NCBI GenBank assembly: GCA_963762255.1 | Contig: CAVXKA010000002.1 | Location: 512,001-576,000 of the forward strand | Source: Candidatus Eiseniibacteriota bacterium | Lineage (GTDB): Bacteria > Eisenbacteria > RBG-16-71-46 > JABDJR01 | DNA: 64,000 nt | Reading direction: 5' to 3' | Part shown: one piece after another, positions 59,322-64,000 of the stretch | Layout: every line of letters starts with the position of its first letter | Position numbering within the stretch: the stretch's first letter is position 1 | The notes under the pieces: generated by a model | Database searches by the model: none | The model's input: the letters and a program-made list of their open reading frames with translations, nothing else | What the model was told of the DNA's origin: nothing | Made by a program: the position numbers and the translations under genes

Positions 59322-60062
59322 TTAGCCCCGGCGCGATCGCCGGATCAAGATGAGTCCGAGCAGGACGAGCGCGGCGCTGATCCACTGGGCTAGCGTCAGC
59401 CCCAGCGCGATCGGCAGGTTGAGGCGGATGAACTCGATCAGGAAGCGCTCGGTGCCTGCCAGCACGAGATACAGGCCGAAAGTGAACCCGGGCCGATCGT
59501 CCCACTTTCCGCGCTTGCTCCAGAGGAAGAAGAAGATGGCGAGCGAGACCACGACCTCGTAGACCTGGGTGGGATGCACGCGATCGATCGTGGGCGGAGT
59601 TCCCTTCGGAAATGCCATCGCCCAGGGCAGGTTGGAGACCTTGCCGTAATCGTCCCCGTTCAGGAAACAGCCGATGCGTCCCACGCCGTAGCCGAGCGCC
59701 ACGAGAGGGCCGCCCATGTCGACGAGGGTCAGGAGAGGCACCTTGTAGCGGCGTCCGACGAGCAACACACCGAGCGCTCCCCCGATCAACCCGCCGTAAT
59801 AGGTGAGCCCGGAGCCGGAGAAGATGGAGCCCAAAGGATCCGCGACCAGAACCGACCAGTTGTCGATGAGGTAGTAGATCTTGGCCCCGAGCACGCCGCC
59901 GATCATGGCGCCGAGCGTGCACGAGCCGGCGGCGTCGGCGGAGAATCCACGGCGTGTGAACTCCTTGCCCGCCAACCACGCGATGAGGAGGAACCCCACC
60001 GCCAGCATGAGACCGAAGGAGTGGATCGTGACCGGGCCGAGGCGAAGAATTACAGGCAGCAT
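59322..60062 (-). CDS. lgt: Prolipoprotein diacylglyceryl transferase
   Basis: SGLTYYGG, GRIGCFLNGDDYG, HPTQVYE and RFLIEFIR motifs. Confidence 0.95.
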   Translation of the reverse strand: MLPVILRLGPVTIHSFGLMLAVGFLLIAWLAGKEFTRRGFSADAAGSCTLGAMIGGVLGAKIYYLIDNWSVLVADPLGSIFSGSGLTYYGGLIGGALGVLLVGRRYKVPLLTLVDMGGPLVALGYGVGRIGCFLNGDDYGKVSNLPWAMAFPKGTPPTIDRVHPTQVYEVVVSLAIFFFLWSKRGKWDDRPGFTFGLYLVLAGTERFLIEFIRLNLPIALGLTLAQWISAALVLLGLILIRRSRRG

Positions 60063-60069
60063 TCAACAA

Positions 60070-60098
60070 ACGGTAGAGAGCGGGCAGGGGGGTGTCAA
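60070..60098 (-). promoter_or_regulatory. Sigma70 promoter of lgt (likely leaderless)
   Basis: TTGACA-17 nt-TACCGT, ending 7 nt before the ATG. Confidence 0.7.
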
Positions 60099-60115
60099 GG
60101 GCGGGCGGAACCGCA

Positions 60116-60625
60116 TCATGCGCACGGCTTCCCGGCGGCCAGGGCGTCAAGCACCACACGATCGGTAGGAAACGCGAGGGGCTCGGGAGGGATGCGCGGA
60201 TCGAACCAGCCGACCTCGCCTGCGTCTCCGCCCGCGCGTTCTCCCCCACCGGTCCGACGCGCGATGAACCAGATGCCGACCGAGTGGGCCTCGGGGTCGT
60301 GGAAGTTCGAGAGCACCGCGTAGACCCGCTCGATCTCGACCTCCCAGCCGCTCTCCTCGAGCATCTCGCGCCGCGCCGCCTCCCGCACGTCCTCGTCCCA
60401 TTCGATGTTGCCGCAGGGGATACACCACGCGCCCGGATACGACGTGCCGGTGCGTTTCACCATGAGCACGTGGCCTGCCGCGTCGCGCAAGATCACCGCG
60501 ACCGCCGCCTTGGGGTTCTGCCAAAGGACGAGGCCGCAGCTCGGGCACGCCGCGCGGACTCGACCGCCGCGCTCGTGCTCGACCGTGATGGATCCGCAGG
60601 CTGGGCAGTGGGTGGTGGCAGGCAC
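60116..60625 (-). CDS. NUDIX hydrolase with N-terminal zinc ribbon
   Basis: CPACG...CPSCG, QNPK and a Nudix box G.IEWDE....AARREMLEESG. Confidence 0.92.
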   Translation of the reverse strand: MPATTHCPACGSITVEHERGGRVRAACPSCGLVLWQNPKAAVAVILRDAAGHVLMVKRTGTSYPGAWCIPCGNIEWDEDVREAARREMLEESGWEVEIERVYAVLSNFHDPEAHSVGIWFIARRTGGGERAGGDAGEVGWFDPRIPPEPLAFPTDRVVLDALAAGKPCA

Positions 60626-60652
60626 GAGGCCTTTCGCGCGGCTCCCGAGGGC

Positions 60653-60838
60653 TCAGGGTACGGAAGGGCCGGCGTCCGTCGCGCCGCCCTGCTCCGTCCC
60701 CGCCCGGGTGCGGACTTCGCCGCTCTTGTCGTCCTGCTTCACCGGTCCGGCAAGGAAGGCCAACACCACGACCGCGAGCAGGAAGAAGGGTATGGCCACG
60801 GCGAGGCGCCGGAGCATGGACAAGAGCTTGATCTTCAG
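60653..60838 (-). CDS. Putative small single-pass membrane protein
   Basis: Hydrophobic AVAIPFFLLAVVVLAFLAG; upstream TTGACA-18-TACCAT promoter. Start uncertain (ATG 60880, CTG 60838 or ATG 60817). Confidence 0.5.
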   Translation of the reverse strand: MKIKLLSMLRRLAVAIPFFLLAVVVLAFLAGPVKQDDKSGEVRTRAGTEQGGATDAGPSVP

Positions 60839-60891
60839 CGGTCGTCCCTCATCGGAGCGGGTGAAGGGAATCCAACACATGAACAGGATGG

Positions 60892-60921
60892 ATGGTAGGA
60901 TCGGTGTTTTTCCATTGTCAA
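60892..60921 (-). promoter_or_regulatory. Putative sigma70 promoter of the small ORF/NUDIX unit
   Basis: TTGACA-18 nt-TACCAT. Confidence 0.55.
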
Positions 60922-61636
60922 TACAACCAACCCCGCTCGAAGGAGTTCCGCCTGCATCGCTTCGACCTCGATCCCAAGTCGCTGAGCCGCGAGGAGCCGA
61001 TGCCGATGGCCGGTCCCGCGGGCGTGCTTGAAGGCTTGTGGCGCCCCCATCGCGCCGATCGAGCGTCGCGCGGCGTCGTGGTTGTCGCCCATCCGCATCC
61101 CCTCTACGGAGGCACGATGCAGAACAAGGTCGTCTTCCACCTGGCGCGCGTGTTGGGGCACGACTTGGATCTGGCCGCCCTTCGGTTCAACTTTCGCGGC
61201 GTGGGCGCGAGCGAAGGACACCACGACGAAGGGCGCGGCGAGGTCGAGGATCTTCTCTCCGCCTGGTCCGCGGCGGAGGAGCGGGCGGGGACGGGACTCC
61301 TGGTGGCGGCGGGCTTTTCTTTCGGTGCGGCAATGACGCTCCTTGCCGCGACCGCGCGCGCTCAAGCCGGCGCGCGGATCCCCGACGCGCTGGCTCTGGC
61401 CGGTGTCCCCCTGCGCCTCTTCCCGGCGCGCGGAAGCCGTCCCCGAATCGCTCCCGCTCGCCGTCGTTCATGGCGAGCAGGATCAGTTCACCCCACCCGA
61501 AGACGTGGGGCGCTGGCTCGAAGACCGCTCCGGGCCCACCGCGTTCCATGTCGTGCGCGGGGCGGACCACTTCCTGGAGGGGCACCTCCCCGAGGCCACC
61601 CGGTTCTTGAGCGATAACTTGAGGAAGTGGCTGTAA
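60892..61636 (+). pseudogene. Alpha/beta hydrolase, frameshifted near 61425-61435
   Basis: HPHPLYGGTM.NKV, RFNFRGVG.SEG and GFSFG in one frame; VHGEQDQF and GADHF in another frame (61343..61636). Start uncertain. Confidence 0.85.
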
Positions 61637-61642
61637 CCCGCT

Positions 61643-62548
61643 CTAGGATCGTCCGTTGAACATGTTCTTGATGATGTGACCCGCCACCTCGGGGTTCTCC
61701 TTCAGACGGCGCAGCGAGTACGGATACCAGTGACTCCCGAAGGGAACGTAGACCCGCAGCCGGTGCCCCCGTTCGAGGATGCTGGCGCGCAGGCGCTCGG
61801 TGACCCCCAGCAGCATCTGGAACTCGTAGCGCGACGGATCGAGCTTCAAGTCGGCGATCAGCTTGTAGGCTCCCTCGACCAGCTCGTGATCGTGGGTGGC
61901 GATGCCGACGTAGGCCCCTCCGCGCAAGAGCGCGTCGAGCTGCTCCAGGAAACGCCGATTGATCTCGTCGTGTCCCTTGTAGGCGATCCGGGCGGGCTCG
62001 ATGTAGATGCCCTTGCACAGCCGGACGTTGGCCTTGCGTGCGGCCAGCGACTGGGCGTCGGCCAGAGTGCGCTTCAAGTACGACTGGATCACGCACCCCA
62101 CGTTGCCGGGAAACTCCTGGCGAACGCGCTCATAGACGGCCAGCGTGTCGTCGGTGCAGCTCGAGTCCTCCATGTCGATCCGCACGAAGTTCCCGTGCCG
62201 CGCCGCCTCCTCGACGATCCCCCGCACGATCTCGTGACACAGACCCAGATCGATCTTGAGCCCCATCTGGGTGAGCTTGAGCGAGACGTTGCTGTCGAGC
62301 TTCTCGCGCTCGATCGTCTGCAGGAGATTGTGGTACTGCGCTCCGCCTCGGCGGGCCTCTTCGGCCGTGCTCACGAACTCCCCGAGCACGTCCAGCGTGG
62401 TCATCATCCCCTGGCCGTTGAGAGCGCGCACGGCGGCGACCGCATCCTCGATGCGCTCCCCGGCCACGTAGCGCGCGCTCACCCGGCGGACGATCGGCTT
62501 GGGGACAACCGGCAGGGTCTGCGCGATCAAGCTATGAAACCAACTCAT
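61643..62548 (-). CDS. Monofunctional proline dehydrogenase
   Basis: RYVAGE, SLKLTQMG, RIDMEDS, RLCKG.Y.E, ATHD, EFQMLLGV and RRLKENP motifs. Confidence 0.95.
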   Translation of the reverse strand: MSWFHSLIAQTLPVVPKPIVRRVSARYVAGERIEDAVAAVRALNGQGMMTTLDVLGEFVSTAEEARRGGAQYHNLLQTIEREKLDSNVSLKLTQMGLKIDLGLCHEIVRGIVEEAARHGNFVRIDMEDSSCTDDTLAVYERVRQEFPGNVGCVIQSYLKRTLADAQSLAARKANVRLCKGIYIEPARIAYKGHDEINRRFLEQLDALLRGGAYVGIATHDHELVEGAYKLIADLKLDPSRYEFQMLLGVTERLRASILERGHRLRVYVPFGSHWYPYSLRRLKENPEVAGHIIKNMFNGRS

Positions 62549-62685
62549 CCTCCGCTCCCTCCTCCTCACCGGCACACGCGATCGGCCGCGGACCAGACGG
62601 CGGCGGCGCACGCGGGCGCCTGAATTCGCGGGCGAGTCTAGCACGGGGCGCGACCGGCGTCCCGCGCGCTCGATGAGCGGGCCGA

Positions 62686-63951
62686 TCAGCCGCGCAGGAT
62701 GAAGGGGAGGGTGGCGAAACCGGCGAGGAACATGACGCCGAGGGAGATGCCGAGCGGCTTGCGGATGCCTCGATCGCCCAGGGTGAAACCGATCACCGCC
62801 TTCGCGACCGTATTCGAGAGCGCCGCGAAGAGGATGGCGGTGCCGGCTACGGCGGGGTCCATGCTCTCTCTCGCGAGCTTGGCCACGCTGAGCGTGATCG
62901 CGTCTACCTGGGTGAGACCGGAGATAGCGCCCACCAGCTCGGCGCCGCCCGCCGGAAAGAGATGAATGCTGGCCTTGACCACGAACAACACGACCGCGTA
63001 CGCGGCGCCGAACGCGATCACGGTGGGGAGCCGGAACGGGTTGCGTATGGAGAGCCCGTTCGCTCTTTCCGGCGCGTGGCGGGAGCCCAGCCAGAGCCAG
63101 AACGAGACCGCGACCCCCGAGACTCCGATCGCGGTGAGCGGGAGCCACAGCACCCGGAAGAGCGAGGGGTTCGCCACTCCCACCAGGGCGGCGATGCGCG
63201 CCGCCATGACCGTGGAGGCCACCACGATCGCCAGCGCGCAGCTCCTCGAGAACTCCGGGCTCTCCTTGCTGCGCCGGCTGAAGGAAACCGCCACCGCGGT
63301 GGATGACGCCAGCCCGCCGAGAAGCCCGCTGGCCGCGATGCCGCGGTGGGGTCCGAGCAGCTTCAGGGCCACGTAGCCGAGGAAGGACACCCCCGAGATG
63401 AGCACGACCATGAGCCAGATGTTGTACGGGTTGAGCGCGGCGAACGGTCCGTAGCTGCGGTTAGGGAGGATGGGCAGCACCACGAACATGATCACCGCGA
63501 ACTTGATCGTGGTGTAGATGTCCTCGGTGGTCAGGCGCTCCACTCCGCGCACGAGCGCCGGCTTGGCGGAGAGGAGCGCTGCGATCGTCACCCCCAGCGC
63601 CACTGCGACCTCGGTCTCCCCCGCGCTCACCAGACACCCGAGCAGGAACGTGAGCAGCGCCGCGACCTCGGTGGTCATGCCGCGGTCGGCGGCCTCGGCG
63701 GAAGCGTGGAAGTAGATCACGGCGAGGAGCACGATCAACGCACCGAACGCCACGGGCAGGATGACCGGGTCGACGTTGCGGGAGAGCCAGGTGGACAGGT
63801 TGCCGAGGACCGCGAAGAACATGAAGGTACGCAGTCCGGCGAAGCCCATCTCGCGCTTCAACCGGTGGCTGTACTCGCGCTCCAAACCGATCAACGCCCC
63901 GATGAGGGCGGAGATCGCAAGCGAGGTGAGCAAAGCGAGTTGATCGTTCAT
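62686..63951 (-). CDS. MgtC/SapB family membrane protein with DUF4010
   Basis: LIGLERE, AGLRTF, GMTTEVA, LPILPN, WLMVVLISG and GGLASSTA motifs. Confidence 0.92.
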   Translation of the reverse strand: MNDQLALLTSLAISALIGALIGLEREYSHRLKREMGFAGLRTFMFFAVLGNLSTWLSRNVDPVILPVAFGALIVLLAVIYFHASAEAADRGMTTEVAALLTFLLGCLVSAGETEVAVALGVTIAALLSAKPALVRGVERLTTEDIYTTIKFAVIMFVVLPILPNRSYGPFAALNPYNIWLMVVLISGVSFLGYVALKLLGPHRGIAASGLLGGLASSTAVAVSFSRRSKESPEFSRSCALAIVVASTVMAARIAALVGVANPSLFRVLWLPLTAIGVSGVAVSFWLWLGSRHAPERANGLSIRNPFRLPTVIAFGAAYAVVLFVVKASIHLFPAGGAELVGAISGLTQVDAITLSVAKLARESMDPAVAGTAILFAALSNTVAKAVIGFTLGDRGIRKPLGISLGVMFLAGFATLPFILRG

Positions 63952-64000
63952 CCTGGAATCCTATCGCACCGACTCGACGTGTATCGCCCTCTTTCCCGTG

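Overview
This is a GC-rich (about 70% by eye) core-chromosome segment of a diderm, LPS-producing bacterium. The GWxTD protein, the DUF222-like HNH gene and the gene order suggest an FCB-related lineage such as Ca. Eisenbacteria or Krumholzibacteriota (inference). Almost all genes are on the minus strand. In transcription order they are: MgtC/DUF4010, proline dehydrogenase, NUDIX, lgt-moaA-GWxTD-NlpC/P60, a beta-barrel OMP, rhomboid, mreBCD-mrdA-rodA plus a GT-C-like membrane protein, a frameshifted HNH gene, comF, a degenerate radical SAM/DUF2344 fusion, RNase E/G, rplU-rpmA, mdh, plsC, a repeat protein and an SDR. These are followed by kdsB-pyrG-kdsA-kdsC-kdsD, an LpxL-LptC fusion, lptB, rpoN, hpf, hprK, a mannose-family PTS interrupted by a GH57 gene, ptsH-ptsI, PGI/PMI, a nucleotidyltransferase, metK, ftsK, rimO, bamD, nadD, polA, coaE and prfB (programmed +1 frameshift, partial). 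Only sahR-ahcY and a frameshifted alpha/beta hydrolase are on the plus strand. No rRNA, tRNA, CRISPR array or IS transposase was seen. Most notable observations: (1) an in-frame lipid A acyltransferase-LptC fusion with no adjacent lptA; (2) a GH57 4-alpha-glucanotransferase wedged between PTS IIB and IIC; (3) an HNH gene carrying three copies of an 18-bp palindrome, with flanking hairpins; (4) a TIGR03960-like radical SAM protein lacking its CxxxCxxC motif; (5) overlapping sigma54/sigma70 promoters upstream of the rpoN operon. All calls come from motif recognition; no database searches were run.
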